Positions 1 to 9,815 of a stretch of 64,000 bases of DNA are shown piece by piece; the stretch's first letter is position 1; each line of letters starts with the position of its first letter. The position numbers and the translations under genes were made by a program. The notes under the pieces are model-generated. The model searched no databases, was not told the origin of the DNA, and was given only the letters and a program-made list of their open reading frames with translations. The stretch is from a phage: NCBI GenBank assembly GCA_014740375.1, contig GCA_014740375.1_3041.1; one strand, 5' to 3'.

Positions 1-932
1 TTAAGAAACAAATGGAAGCTGGTGCACTGGTAGAAATCGCGGAAGGTATGGCTACTTCTATCGCTGAACTTCAGGAAGGTTTCAACGGTTCTACCGATAA
101 CCCATGGAATGAAATGGGCTTCCGTATCGATAAACAAGTTATCGAAGCTAAATCTCGTCAGCTGAAAGCTGCTTACTCTATCGAATTAGCACAAGACCTC
201 CGCGCTGTTCACGGTATGGATGCTGATGCTGAACTGTCTGGTATTCTGGCTACCGAAATCATGCTGGAAATCAACCGCGAAGTTGTTGATTGGATTAACT
301 ACTCAGCTCAGGTTGGTAAATCTGGTATGACCCTGACTCCGGGTTCTAAAGCTGGCGTATTTGACTTCCAGGATCCGATTGATATTCGTGGTGCTCGCTG
401 GGCGGGTGAATCCTTTAAAGCTCTGTTGTTCCAGATTGACAAAGAAGCAGTTGAAATTGCTCGTCAGACCGGTCGCGGTGAAGGTAACTTCATTATCGCT
501 TCTCGTAACGTAGTTAACGTTCTGGCTTCAGTTGATACCGGCATTTCTTATGCTGCACAGGGTCTGGCTACCGGCTTTAACACTGATACTACCAAGTCAG
601 TATTTGCTGGTGTTCTGGGTGGTAAATACCGTGTATATATCGACCAGTATGCTAAACAGGATTATTTCACTGTAGGTTATAAAGGTCCGAACGAAATGGA
701 TGCTGGTATTTACTATGCTCCATATGTAGCTCTGACTCCGCTGCGTGGTTCCGATCCGAAGAACTTCCAACCGGTAATGGGATTCAAAACTCGTTACGGT
801 ATCGGTATCAACCCATTTGCAGAATCCGCTGCTCAGGCTCCGGCTTCTCGCATCCAGAGCGGTATGCCTTCTATTCTGAATAGCCTTGGTAAAAACGCTT
901 ACTTCCGCCGTGTATATGTTAAAGGTATCTAA
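1..932 (+). CDS. 23: Major capsid protein gp23, C-terminal ~307 codons (5' end lies upstream of window)
   Basis: Frame is open from the window edge to the stop at 930-932; followed by hairpin terminator, late promoter and gene 24 as in T4. Confidence 0.85.
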   Translation, partial: KKQMEAGALVEIAEGMATSIAELQEGFNGSTDNPWNEMGFRIDKQVIEAKSRQLKAAYSIELAQDLRAVHGMDADAELSGILATEIMLEINREVVDWINYSAQVGKSGMTLTPGSKAGVFDFQDPIDIRGARWAGESFKALLFQIDKEAVEIARQTGRGEGNFIIASRNVVNVLASVDTGISYAAQGLATGFNTDTTKSVFAGVLGGKYRVYIDQYAKQDYFTVGYKGPNEMDAGIYYAPYVALTPLRGSDPKNFQPVMGFKTRYGIGINPFAESAAQAPASRIQSGMPSILNSLGKNAYFRRVYVKGI

Positions 933-945
933 TCTTTGACGATTT

Positions 946-965
946 AAGGGACCTTCGGGTCCCTT
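946..965 (+). terminator. Rho-independent terminator-like hairpin after gene 23
   Basis: AAGGGACC-TTCG-GGTCCCTT stem-loop followed by T-rich tract. Confidence 0.6.
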
Positions 966-980
966 TAGTTGTTTTTATGG

Positions 981-988
981 TATAAATA
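981..988 (+). promoter_or_regulatory. T4-type late promoter (TATAAATA) for gene 24
   Basis: Exact TATAAATA 28 bp upstream of gene 24 ATG, with AAAGGAAA Shine-Dalgarno between. Confidence 0.6.
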
Positions 989-1015
989 AATCATATAAAC
1001 CAAAAGGAAAGCGCA

Positions 1016-2299
1016 ATGGCTAAAATCAACGAACTTCTGCGCGAATCAACCACAACGAATAGCAACTCAATCGGTCGCCCAAATCTCGTTGCTTTGACTC
1101 GCGCTACCACTAAATTAATATATTCTGACATTGTAGCAACGCAAAGAACTAATCAACCTGTTGCTGCTTTTTATGGTATCAAATACCTTAACCCGGATAA
1201 CGAATTTACATTTAAAACTGGTGCTACTTACGCTGGCGAAGCTGGGTATGTAGACCGAGAACAAATCACAGAATTAACAGAAGAGTCTAAATTAACTCTC
1301 AATAAAGGCGATTTATTCAAATATAATAATATCGTTTATAAAGTATTAGAAGATACACCATTTGCTGATATTGAAGAAAGCGATTTAGAATTAGCTCTTC
1401 AGATTGCAATCGTTCTTTTAAAGGTTCGTCTATTTTCTGATGCTGCAGTAACAAGCAAATTTGAAAGCTCTGATAGTGAAATTGCGGATGCTAGATTCCA
1501 GATTAATAAATGGCAAACCGCAGTTAAATCTCGTAAACTTAAAACTGGCATCACAGTTGAATTAGCGCAAGATTTAGAAGCAAACGGATTCGATGCTCCT
1601 AATTTCTTGGAAGATTTGCTTGCAACTGAAATGGCGGATGAAATCAATAAAGATATTCTGCAGTCTTTGATTACAGTGTCAAAACGCTATAAAGTTACAG
1701 GAATTACTGATACTGGATTCATTGATTTGAGTTATGCATCTGCCCCTGAAGCTGGTCGTTCATTATACCGAATGGTGTGTGAAATGGTTTCGCATATCCA
1801 AAAAGAATCAACTTATACTGCAACGTTCTGTGTTGCTTCAGCTCGTGCCGCTGCGATTCTTGCTGCATCAGGTTGGTTAAAACATAAACCAGAAGATGAC
1901 AAATATCTTTCACAAAATGCCTACGGGTTCTTAGCTAATGGTTTACCGCTTTATTGCGATACCAACAGCCCATTAGATTATGTAATCGTTGGCGTAGTAG
2001 AAAATATCGGTGAAAAAGAAATTGTTGGATCAATTTTCTATGCTCCGTATACAGAAGGTCTTGACTTAGATGACCCTGAACATGTGGGTGCATTTAAAGT
2101 TGTAGTTGATCCAGAAAGTTTGCAACCGTCTATCGGTTTATTAGTTAGATATGCTTTATCTGCAAATCCTTACACTGTAGCAAAAGATGAAAAAGAAGCA
2201 AGAGTAATTGATGGTGGAGACATGGATAAAATGGCGGGTCGTTCAGATTTGTCTGTTTTATTAGGTGTTAAATTACCAAAAATTATTATTGATGAATAA
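1016..2299 (+). CDS. 24: Head vertex protein gp24
   Basis: 427 aa, same length as T4 gp24; directly downstream of gene 23; own late promoter. Confidence 0.9.
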   Translation: MAKINELLRESTTTNSNSIGRPNLVALTRATTKLIYSDIVATQRTNQPVAAFYGIKYLNPDNEFTFKTGATYAGEAGYVDREQITELTEESKLTLNKGDLFKYNNIVYKVLEDTPFADIEESDLELALQIAIVLLKVRLFSDAAVTSKFESSDSEIADARFQINKWQTAVKSRKLKTGITVELAQDLEANGFDAPNFLEDLLATEMADEINKDILQSLITVSKRYKVTGITDTGFIDLSYASAPEAGRSLYRMVCEMVSHIQKESTYTATFCVASARAAAILAASGWLKHKPEDDKYLSQNAYGFLANGLPLYCDTNSPLDYVIVGVVENIGEKEIVGSIFYAPYTEGLDLDDPEHVGAFKVVVDPESLQPSIGLLVRYALSANPYTVAKDEKEARVIDGGDMDKMAGRSDLSVLLGVKLPKIIIDE

Positions 2300-2302
2300 A
2301 AC

Positions 2303-2324
2303 AAAGGGACCTTTCGGTCCCTTT
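2303..2324. terminator. Bidirectional terminator hairpin between gene 24 and rnlB
   Basis: AAAGGGACC-TTTC-GGTCCCTTT flanked by A/T runs on both strands, between convergent genes. Confidence 0.6.
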
Positions 2325-2328
2325 TTAT

Positions 2329-3333
2329 TTAGCTCACCAACTCAATCCAAGCTGGACGAAGTACATCTTGCACCATTTTAACTAATTCCTTTTTAATCAA
2401 AGAAGGATTATCTGCTTGAGTTAAAGTAATACCTTCACGAGAAGTTTCTTCCAAAATATCTTGAACAGTTAGCCCCATCACCTTTCCAAAATCCTTTGGA
2501 CCAATTTCACCAATTTTAGAAATAACGTTATTTACTCGGTTTAGTGTAACGTAACAAGCTAAAATCCCCACCAATTTGTTATCAGCTTCTGACAGTTCAA
2601 CTTTAGCTTTAATAGGCTTATCAGACTTTTTCTTTTCACTAAATTTAGAATTCTTACATTTGATGGCTACACGATTGCGATTAGGCAGCCAAGAAGGATA
2701 ACAAGGTTTCAATACATATCCTTCAGCGGTAAATACTTCGCCTTTGGCTTCAGCTTTCCAAACACATTTGTTAGCGTCAATTAAACCTGCATTATCTACG
2801 GTAAAATTATAAGACGGAACAACAGAATCCAAATCATTTGGAAGTTTAATAAGATCTTCAAATTTACCACGACCCAAAAGTGGAGCGATTTTAAACCCAA
2901 ATGAATTACAAAACGATTCCATCATGTAATCATCAACATAAGTTACATCACCACTTTCGGTAGTGACAATAATGTCAAATACATAAAAATCTTTATCGCC
3001 ATAATCAACATTCTTCTGAATGCCAGGTCCAGCGAATTCGCCAAAAACTTGATAAGTCACAACAGCTGAAGTTTCCATAATTTCTTGGACAGCTTTAATA
3101 GAATCTTCGTAATTCTTTAAAATAATTTCATAACCGAAGAAATCTTCAGCAGGAAGAATCGGTCCAGTACGTTTAGCGCAAGTTACTTTATCACGCTCAA
3201 TAATCAATGAGAAATTTGTGCCGTGAATCTTTTCACGAGCTACCCATTCGCCGCCAGTCAATCCCAAGCTATAAAGTTTTTCAATAAATTTAGAGTTGTA
3301 ATGATTTTCAAGACTGCTATACTTTTTAAACAT
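2329..3333 (-). CDS. rnlB: RNA ligase 2 (Rnl2)
   Basis: 334 aa; nucleotidyltransferase motif I KIHGTN near N-terminus; T4 position downstream of gene 24. Confidence 0.92.
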   Translation of the reverse strand: MFKKYSSLENHYNSKFIEKLYSLGLTGGEWVAREKIHGTNFSLIIERDKVTCAKRTGPILPAEDFFGYEIILKNYEDSIKAVQEIMETSAVVTYQVFGEFAGPGIQKNVDYGDKDFYVFDIIVTTESGDVTYVDDYMMESFCNSFGFKIAPLLGRGKFEDLIKLPNDLDSVVPSYNFTVDNAGLIDANKCVWKAEAKGEVFTAEGYVLKPCYPSWLPNRNRVAIKCKNSKFSEKKKSDKPIKAKVELSEADNKLVGILACYVTLNRVNNVISKIGEIGPKDFGKVMGLTVQDILEETSREGITLTQADNPSLIKKELVKMVQDVLRPAWIELVS

Positions 3334-3342
3334 AATTAATCC

Positions 3343-3621
3343 TCAAAATGTAATTTCTAACCAATCACCATCACGCTGATCACTATTGACTTTAAAGCTG
3401 AATCCCTCTTTTCTCAGCCAATCACCAATTTCTTCAGTAATCAATTTATCGCGAGCAGTACAATAATAACTAAAATATGTTTTACCTTGTTCAGCTGCTT
3501 TATTAGCAAGTTCTGAAAAATCTTTAATAAAACACTCTAGCTTAAACTGTTTATTTTTTAATGCTTTTTCACGTAATTGATTAGCAAAAGATTCATTTTC
3601 ATAAAGATCATACTGTTCCAT
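3343..3621 (-). CDS. Hypothetical protein (T4 24.2 position)
   Basis: 92-aa ORF in operon with rnlB. Confidence 0.55.
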   Translation of the reverse strand: MEQYDLYENESFANQLREKALKNKQFKLECFIKDFSELANKAAEQGKTYFSYYCTARDKLITEEIGDWLRKEGFSFKVNSDQRDGDWLEITF

Positions 3622-3823
3622 TTTTCACCTTTTTATTGATATGTCTTTTTCTATAGACAACTTTTTCTCGAGTTTCAAATTTATTCTTAGCAGTCATAGC
3701 TCGAGCCCATAATACAGCCACTTCTTTTGCCTGTAAGTTCAATTCACGAGCAATTTCAATGAATGACTTTCCAGACTCATGAAGAGTAAACACCACAACC
3801 TCAGTTCTCATAATCAATCTCAT
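3608..3823 (-). CDS. Hypothetical small protein (T4 24.3 position)
   Basis: 71-aa ORF overlapping start of downstream ORF. Confidence 0.5.
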   Translation of the reverse strand: MRLIMRTEVVVFTLHESGKSFIEIARELNLQAKEVAVLWARAMTAKNKFETREKVVYRKRHINKKVKNGTV

Positions 3824-3890
3824 GTTATCGAGTTGGTGCCATTATATACATCATTTTCTGAGTGTGTTTTGTGTGCTTTCAAAATGAAGA

Positions 3891-3908
3891 AAGGGGCCGA
3901 AGCCCCTT
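3891..3908 (-). terminator. Terminator-like hairpin downstream of hoc
   Basis: AAGGGGC-CGAA-GCCCCTT stem-loop just past hoc stop, T-rich tract following on minus strand. Confidence 0.55.
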
Positions 3909-3912
3909 ATGA

Positions 3913-5337
3913 TTATGGATAGGTATAGATGATACCAGTTTCTAAAGCAGTTTTATGAATGATGTATCCATTACGTGATTCTTGAACATCAACTTCTGGA
4001 TAGTCTTTCATCATCTTCTGAAGAGTGTAACGATGCAGGTAGTATTTACTATCTGGATCTTCAGTTTTCCAATCTTTACCTTCTTCGGTCATTTTTTGGA
4101 TTTCATCCATAACCCACCAACCGCACCAGATATAAGCCGAAGTACGATGTGGAAGAGGATGAACATAAGGCAATTCACCTTCTGGTTCTGGAGCAACTTT
4201 ATCAGTTACCTGAACTTGACCTTCTGCTGTGATAGTTTTGCTATCATAATCAGTAGCAGTAACAGTTGCAGTAACTTCAATAGTTTGACTTCCAATAGAT
4301 GATGTATCAACGGTGTATACATTAGTTGACCCTTCTACTGGAGAAGAATCTTTCTTCCATGAATATTCAATTTGAGCTTCTTCTGGAGCATCAGTAACAT
4401 TAGCAGTAAATGTAGCCGAAGCATCTTGCTGAACGTTAATAGAAGGAGGAGTCAATGTAACCTGTGGATTCATTGTCTTCTTATTAACTGTTAATGATAC
4501 TTCATTAGAAGTAACTTCCTTTTCATTGTAATTTTCTGCAGTTACTTGCGCTACACACTTAACTGTTTTAGCTCCAACTGTGGTAGGAGTATAGTTAAAT
4601 GTAGAGTTAGTTTCTTCACCAATTTGAGAATCATCTACATACCATTGATATGTAGCAGACGCTCCATCGGGTTGAGAAACTAAGGCAGCAGTAAATTGAA
4701 CTGGGGTTCCAATAACTCCTGCTGGAGGACTATCAGGAGTTACTGTCAAGGTAGTTGTCTGCGTCTTTTTATTAACAGTCAGTGACACTTCATTAGAAGT
4801 AACTTCCTTTGCATCATAATCTGTCGCGGTTACTTGAGCTACACACTTAATTGTTTTAACTCCGCTTGCGTCAGGAGTGTAATTGAATGTAGTGCCAGTT
4901 GCTTCGCCCACAGGAGAACCGTCAACGTACCATTGATATGTAGCGTTTGCACCTGATGGCTGTGAAGCTAAGGCAGCAGTAAATTCAATTGGAGCTCCAA
5001 TCACTCCAGCATCAGGGCTACCAGGAGTTACAGCTAAGGTAGTTGTCTGTGTCTTATTTTGAACTGTGATAGTTGTCGTAGCTTCTGCTGTTTCAGGTTC
5101 AGATTCAGATTCTGGAACTGTATTTGTTGCAACGACTTTAATAGTCTTTTGACCGGCAGGTCCTTTTAATACATAATCAAAAGTTGCCGCCGATCCTTCT
5201 TGCGGAGCATTATCTACACTCCAAGCATAGGTAATAGTTCCACCTTCAGTTTGACCACTGGGTGCAGCAGTAAACTGCTTAGTTTCATCAATAACTCCAG
5301 TAGGTGTTTTAGGAGTTATATCAACTGTAAAAGTCAT
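3913..5337 (-). CDS. hoc: Hoc (highly immunogenic outer capsid protein) with four Ig-like domains
   Basis: 474 aa; Ig-like repeats plus C-terminal capsid-binding region; two adjacent domains are near-identical; T4 Hoc is 376 aa. Confidence 0.85.
   Translation of the reverse strand: MTFTVDITPKTPTGVIDETKQFTAAPSGQTEGGTITYAWSVDNAPQEGSAATFDYVLKGPAGQKTIKVVATNTVPESESEPETAEATTTITVQNKTQTTTLAVTPGSPDAGVIGAPIEFTAALASQPSGANATYQWYVDGSPVGEATGTTFNYTPDASGVKTIKCVAQVTATDYDAKEVTSNEVSLTVNKKTQTTTLTVTPDSPPAGVIGTPVQFTAALVSQPDGASATYQWYVDDSQIGEETNSTFNYTPTTVGAKTVKCVAQVTAENYNEKEVTSNEVSLTVNKKTMNPQVTLTPPSINVQQDASATFTANVTDAPEEAQIEYSWKKDSSPVEGSTNVYTVDTSSIGSQTIEVTATVTATDYDSKTITAEGQVQVTDKVAPEPEGELPYVHPLPHRTSAYIWCGWWVMDEIQKMTEEGKDWKTEDPDSKYYLHRYTLQKMMKDYPEVDVQESRNGYIIHKTALETGIIYTYP
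4477..5058 (-). repeat. Tandem direct repeat (2 x 291 bp) encoding duplicated Ig-like domain of Hoc
   Basis: Hoc residues ~94-190 and ~191-287 both run TQTTTL(A/T)VTP ... EVTSNEVSLTVNKK with ~75-80 percent identity. Confidence 0.8.
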
Positions 5338-5346
5338 AAGTTATCC

Positions 5347-6027
5347 TTATTTTAATGTTACGAAAGAAGAATTGCGTGTTTCACGAATTAGAACTGATCC
5401 GTCACGATTAATGTAGTAAATTAAGCTAAATAAAGTTTGGTGTGCCGACGCATGTTCAAAACTAGTTGGGTGAGATTTCCAATCCGGAGTTTCAGCAATC
5501 CACTGGTAAATCCACCAAGGAACAGTGCAGAATCCTGGATTTTTTCCAATCAGCTGAAGATTCGGACTAAAGTTTTCCGGAAGAGTAAATACAGACGGCT
5601 TTTCAGATTCAATAATCTCAGCTACAGCCTGCTCGAATTTTTCTTCAACAAAAGGAGTATCTTCAATCAAAACATCGGTATTTTCAGTAATTTTATCCGT
5701 TTCTACTACTTCAATTTTAATGTCAGATTTAACCGGAGAATCAATCAGAAGTGCTGCTTCTGGATTGACTTCTTCATCGTCATATTTTAATCCGTCTGCA
5801 GCATCAGCAGCATCAATTAAGTCTTTAATAGATAACCCATCAGTCTCTGGCATAGGTTCACTAGCGAGCTTCTGGAGGGCTTCTTCAATATCATTAACGA
5901 TATTATCAAAAGATTTATTCTTTTTGACTTTTATACCAAACTGTTCAGCATATTCAGCTAATTTAGCTTTAGCTTCTTTATTATCATCAAGAGCCTTCAG
6001 CTCTGCAATATAATCTTTATCTATCAT
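5347..6027 (-). CDS. inh: Inhibitor of prohead protease (Inh)
   Basis: 226 aa, same length and position as T4 inh (downstream of hoc). Confidence 0.7.
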   Translation of the reverse strand: MIDKDYIAELKALDDNKEAKAKLAEYAEQFGIKVKKNKSFDNIVNDIEEALQKLASEPMPETDGLSIKDLIDAADAADGLKYDDEEVNPEAALLIDSPVKSDIKIEVVETDKITENTDVLIEDTPFVEEKFEQAVAEIIESEKPSVFTLPENFSPNLQLIGKNPGFCTVPWWIYQWIAETPDWKSHPTSFEHASAHQTLFSLIYYINRDGSVLIRETRNSSFVTLK

Positions 6028-6076
6028 AATATTTCCTCAGTATAAATATAGATATATTTATTACTCGGAAAATAGT

Positions 6077-6694
6077 ATGTACCACTTTGTATATGAAACA
6101 ACAAATCTAATAAATGGTAAAAAGTATATAGGAAAACACTCTACTGATGACTTGAATGACGGTTACCTTGGTTCCGGTAAGGCAATTCAGCAGGCTATAA
6201 AGAAATATGGTGAAAACAATTTCTCTAGAACAATACTAAAAGAGTTTAAAACTTCCGAAGAAGCGTACATGTATGAAGAAGAAATTATAACTCCTGAACT
6301 AATAAAAAGCAAAAATTATTATAATATGAAACCTGGTGGAATTGGTGGAATTGTTATGACTACAGAGGTTATAGCAAAGATGAAAGAATCTTCCGCTAAA
6401 AGATTTGAAAACTCACCAGGCACGGTATTAGGTAAAACTTGTTACACTAATGGAACTAAAAATATTTTTATTAAACCTGGAGAACTTGTTCCAGAAGGAT
6501 TTGTAAAAGGGATGGTTCATCCTAATAGAAAGTCCAGAAAAGGATGTAAAGTCAAACCGACTACCACAGGAACTTTTTGGGTCAATAATGGCGCAATAAA
6601 TAAATTAATACAACCAGACGGTATTATTCCCGACGGATTTATTAAAGGTCGTCTCATGAAAAGAGATTCTAAAGGCAAATTTAGTAAGGCATAA
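6077..6694 (+). CDS. segE: GIY-YIG family Seg homing endonuclease (205 aa)
   Basis: N-terminal GIY-YIG module (HFVYETTNLINGKKYIGKH ... YNMKPGG); located between inh and uvsW where T4 segE lies; symbol by position. Confidence 0.65.
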   Translation: MYHFVYETTNLINGKKYIGKHSTDDLNDGYLGSGKAIQQAIKKYGENNFSRTILKEFKTSEEAYMYEEEIITPELIKSKNYYNMKPGGIGGIVMTTEVIAKMKESSAKRFENSPGTVLGKTCYTNGTKNIFIKPGELVPEGFVKGMVHPNRKSRKGCKVKPTTTGTFWVNNGAINKLIQPDGIIPDGFIKGRLMKRDSKGKFSKA

Positions 6695-6696
6695 TT

Positions 6697-8205
6697 ATGG
6701 ATATTAAAGTACATTTTCACGACTTCAGTCATGTACGCATCGATTGTGAAGAGAGCACGTTCCACGAATTAAGAGATTTCTTTTCGTTTGAAGCTGATGG
6801 GTATAGATTTAACCCTCGCTTCAGATATGGCAACTGGGATGGACGAATCCGTCTTTTAGATTATAATCGTCTTCTTCCATTCGGCTTAGTCGGGCAAATT
6901 AAAAAGTTCTGCGATAACTTTGGCTATAAAGCCTGGATTGACCCGCAGATTAACGAAAAAGAAGAATTATCAAGAAAAGATTTTGATGAATGGCTTTCTA
7001 AATTAGAAATCTATTCAGGAAATAAAAGAATTGAACCACACTGGTATCAAAAAGATGCAGTGTTCGAAGGATTAGTTAATCGTCGTAGAATTCTTAATCT
7101 TCCAACATCCGCAGGTAAATCTTTAATTCAAGCTTTGCTTGCTCGGTATTATTTGGAAAATTATGAAGGCAAAATTCTTATCATTGTTCCAACAACTGCT
7201 CTGACAACTCAGATGGCTGATGACTTTGTTGACTATCGTTTATTCAGTCATGCAATGATAAAGAAAATCGGCGGTGGAGCATCAAAAGATGATAAATATA
7301 AAAATGATGCACCAGTTGTTGTTGGTACATGGCAAACTGTAGTAAAACAACCGAAAGAATGGTTCTCACAGTTTGGAATGATGATGAATGATGAATGTCA
7401 TCTTGCCACAGGAAAAAGTATTTCATCTATCATATCAGGTTTAAATAACTGTATGTTTAAATTTGGTTTGTCTGGTTCATTACGTGATGGCAAAGCCAAT
7501 ATAATGCAGTATGTTGGAATGTTTGGTGAAATATTTAAGCCAGTAACGACCTCTAAATTAATGGAAGATGGACAAGTAACTGAGTTAAAAATTAATAGTA
7601 TTTTTCTTCGCTATCCCGATGAGTTCACTACTAAATTAAAGGGAAAAACTTACCAAGAAGAAATAAAAATTATTACTGGACTCAGTAAAAGAAATAAATG
7701 GATCGCTAAATTAGCTATTAAGCTTGCACAAAAAGATGAAAACGCTTTTGTCATGTTTAAACACGTATCGCACGGTAAAGCTATTTTCGATTTAATTAAA
7801 AATGAATACGATAAAGTTTATTACGTATCAGGGGAAGTTGATACCGAAACCCGCAACGTAATGAAAACCTTAGCTGAAAACGGTAAAGGAATAATTATAG
7901 TAGCTAGTTATGGTGTATTTTCTACCGGTATTTCAGTTAAAAATCTGCATCACGTTGTTTTAGCACACGGTGTTAAATCTAAAATTATTGTATTGCAAAC
8001 AATAGGTCGCGTATTACGTAAGCATGGTTCCAAAACAATCGCAACAGTCTGGGACCTCATCGATGATTGTGGTGTTAAGCCAAAATCTGCTAATACGAAA
8101 AAGAAATACGTTCATTTGAACTATCTTTTAAAACACGGCATTGATCGTATTCAGCGCTACGCAGATGAAAAATTTAATTACGTAATGAAAACAGTTAATT
8201 TATAA
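6697..8205 (+). CDS. uvsW: UvsW DNA helicase
   Basis: 502 aa; helicase motifs (PTSAGKS, DECH); T4 position. Confidence 0.92.
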   Translation: MDIKVHFHDFSHVRIDCEESTFHELRDFFSFEADGYRFNPRFRYGNWDGRIRLLDYNRLLPFGLVGQIKKFCDNFGYKAWIDPQINEKEELSRKDFDEWLSKLEIYSGNKRIEPHWYQKDAVFEGLVNRRRILNLPTSAGKSLIQALLARYYLENYEGKILIIVPTTALTTQMADDFVDYRLFSHAMIKKIGGGASKDDKYKNDAPVVVGTWQTVVKQPKEWFSQFGMMMNDECHLATGKSISSIISGLNNCMFKFGLSGSLRDGKANIMQYVGMFGEIFKPVTTSKLMEDGQVTELKINSIFLRYPDEFTTKLKGKTYQEEIKIITGLSKRNKWIAKLAIKLAQKDENAFVMFKHVSHGKAIFDLIKNEYDKVYYVSGEVDTETRNVMKTLAENGKGIIIVASYGVFSTGISVKNLHHVVLAHGVKSKIIVLQTIGRVLRKHGSKTIATVWDLIDDCGVKPKSANTKKKYVHLNYLLKHGIDRIQRYADEKFNYVMKTVNL

Positions 8206-8219
8206 GGGCTTCGGCCCTT
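8204..8219 (+). promoter_or_regulatory. Intercistronic GC hairpin (UUCG loop) between uvsW and uvsW.1
   Basis: AAGGGC-TTCG-GCCCTT immediately before GGAG Shine-Dalgarno of next ORF. Confidence 0.5.
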
Positions 8220-8230
8220 TGGAGAAAAAG

Positions 8231-8461
8231 ATGTTACTAGAATTTAAACAATTTCTTTATGAAGCTTCTATTGATGAATTTATGGGTAAAATTGCCTCTT
8301 GTCAAACAATAGAAGGTCTAGAAGAACTTGAAGCTTATTATAAGAAAAGAGTTAAAGAAACTGAATTAAAAGATACTGATGACATCTCTGTGAGAGATGC
8401 TTTGGCAGGAAAAAGAGCTGAATTAGAAGATTCAGACGATGAAGTAGAAGAAAGCTTTTAA
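8231..8461 (+). CDS. Hypothetical acidic protein (uvsW.1 position)
   Basis: 76 aa from ATG with GGAG Shine-Dalgarno; track ORF starts earlier at a TTG. Confidence 0.55.
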   Translation: MLLEFKQFLYEASIDEFMGKIASCQTIEGLEELEAYYKKRVKETELKDTDDISVRDALAGKRAELEDSDDEVEESF

Positions 8462-8465
8462 ATTA

Positions 8466-8493
8466 AAAAAGGCCCAACCGAAAAGGAAGGGCC
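8466..8493 (-). terminator. Terminator-like hairpin at end of uvsY operon
   Basis: GGCCC ... GGGCC stem with large loop, followed by T run on minus strand; weak. Confidence 0.4.
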
Positions 8494-8516
8494 AAAACTA
8501 TAGACTAAAGGTCACA

Positions 8517-8684
8517 CTATAGCAAAAGTTGTGTTTCATTTAATTGTTCTTCCGAACTTTCTGAAACTGGTAGTTCTTTAATGTAATTATAACAAGGCCC
8601 AGGATGTACAGGACCTTTGTCTGTTTCAACAACCAATGCAGAATCGATTGGAGTTTTACAGACAACGCAAATCTTATCTGACAT
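8517..8684 (-). CDS. Small Cys-rich (zinc-ribbon-like) protein, 55 aa (uvsY.-2 position)
   Basis: ATG preceded by GAGGAG; translation MSDKICVVCKTPIDS ... GPCYNY; below the 60-aa ORF track cutoff. Confidence 0.5.
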   Translation of the reverse strand: MSDKICVVCKTPIDSALVVETDKGPVHPGPCYNYIKELPVSESSEEQLNETQLLL

Positions 8685-8712
8685 GATTGTCTCCTCTAAA
8701 TTATATATCTAT

Positions 8713-8937
8713 TTATATAACTCTCATATGCATATCAATGCCCATATCTTTAGAATAAAAATATTCATCAAGATATCCGGCAAATTTTCCTTTAACATAA
8801 AGTACATCTTCACCGCATGGATGGTCGGCCAGGATACGAATATCCTGACGCTTGAGATTATACTTTTTCATTAAGAATTGAATTTCCGTTTCGAATTCTT
8901 CTTCATAATTAAAAGCATCATCAATGCTATATTTCAT
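8713..8937 (-). CDS. Hypothetical protein (uvsY.-1 position)
   Basis: 74-aa ORF immediately downstream of uvsY. Confidence 0.55.
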   Translation of the reverse strand: MKYSIDDAFNYEEEFETEIQFLMKKYNLKRQDIRILADHPCGEDVLYVKGKFAGYLDEYFYSKDMGIDMHMRVI

Positions 8938-9350
8938 TATTTTCCAGCCTCAAATGCTCGCATGTCTTGAATATGCTTAATAGCAAATCCGCGTGATTTG
9001 ATAGCATCAAGAGCTCCGCTACAGAAATCCAATAAAATTCCCCAATATTGCAATGAAGTATCAACTTTTAAAACATCCTTATCAGCTGATAGAACTGTTT
9101 TCATTTCTGATTTCTCGTAACGATCCATACTAAATTCATCACCATCTCCTCGTCCCGAGTAGTAGTCTAATTTAGCTTTAAGAGCAACTTTTTTCTGTGC
9201 ATCAATTCTAAGCATTTCCTTTTTAATACTTGAATGCTTATTGAGCCATTTACTATATAACATCACATTATTAGCTGCTTCATACTGTAATTTAGTCGAA
9301 TCTATAAACACATCTTTCTTCAATTCTTCTTGAAGATCTTCTAATCTCAT
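8937..9350 (-). CDS. uvsY: UvsY recombination mediator
   Basis: 137 aa, same length and position as T4 UvsY. Confidence 0.92.
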   Translation of the reverse strand: MRLEDLQEELKKDVFIDSTKLQYEAANNVMLYSKWLNKHSSIKKEMLRIDAQKKVALKAKLDYYSGRGDGDEFSMDRYEKSEMKTVLSADKDVLKVDTSLQYWGILLDFCSGALDAIKSRGFAIKHIQDMRAFEAGK

Positions 9351-9390
9351 ATTGCTCTCTATTCAATTGTTATTGGATGGACTTAGATTC

Positions 9391-9418
9391 ATTATACCAC
9401 GTTTATACGTGAAGCATT
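9391..9418 (-). promoter_or_regulatory. MotA-dependent middle promoter for uvsY
   Basis: Minus strand AATGCTTCA (MotA box) then 13 bp then TATAAT, about 40 bp upstream of uvsY ATG. Confidence 0.55.
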
Positions 9419-9815
9419 ATACTCTGTTACTGGAAGCCAGTTGTAGTTTTATCTGCTCAATATCATCAGGGTTATCGATGACTGAAAAGCGTATTTCTAC
9501 TATCAGAGTATAATCATCATAAACCGGTATTACATTAACTGCTAATTTATCAATACGTGGCTCGTAGTTTCTTACTGCGCTTTCAATGTTACGCTCAACA
9601 GTATCAGCAGTAAGAGGAGTCATATTCTCAAAAAGCTGATCAGATAAATCGCATCCAAATTCTGGGTCAAATGGCCTTGACCCTTTCCTGGTTGTAATAA
9701 TTCCTAAAAGGCTATTTTTAATTGACCTTAATCCAAGAGATCTTGAAACATCTTTGTCCCAATCCATTTTCATTTCTGGGTCAATGTCAGAATAAAGCTT
9801 ATTAATATTTGCCAT
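9417..9815 (-). CDS. 25: Baseplate wedge protein gp25
   Basis: 132 aa; T4 position and length. Confidence 0.9.
   Translation of the reverse strand: MANINKLYSDIDPEMKMDWDKDVSRSLGLRSIKNSLLGIITTRKGSRPFDPEFGCDLSDQLFENMTPLTADTVERNIESAVRNYEPRIDKLAVNVIPVYDDYTLIVEIRFSVIDNPDDIEQIKLQLASSNRV

Noticed and set aside
1399-1913. Minus-strand ORFs (82 and 64 aa) inside gene 24
   Set aside because: Antisense to a confidently assigned structural gene, no Shine-Dalgarno, A/T-biased third positions; shadow ORFs.
3982-4302. Plus-strand 106-aa ORF inside hoc
   Set aside because: Lies wholly antisense within hoc; low-complexity hydrophobic translation typical of a reverse-frame artefact.
5437-6013. Two plus-strand ORFs (117 and 97 aa) inside inh
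   Set aside because: Antisense to inh; Ser/Phe-rich low-complexity translations; no start signals.
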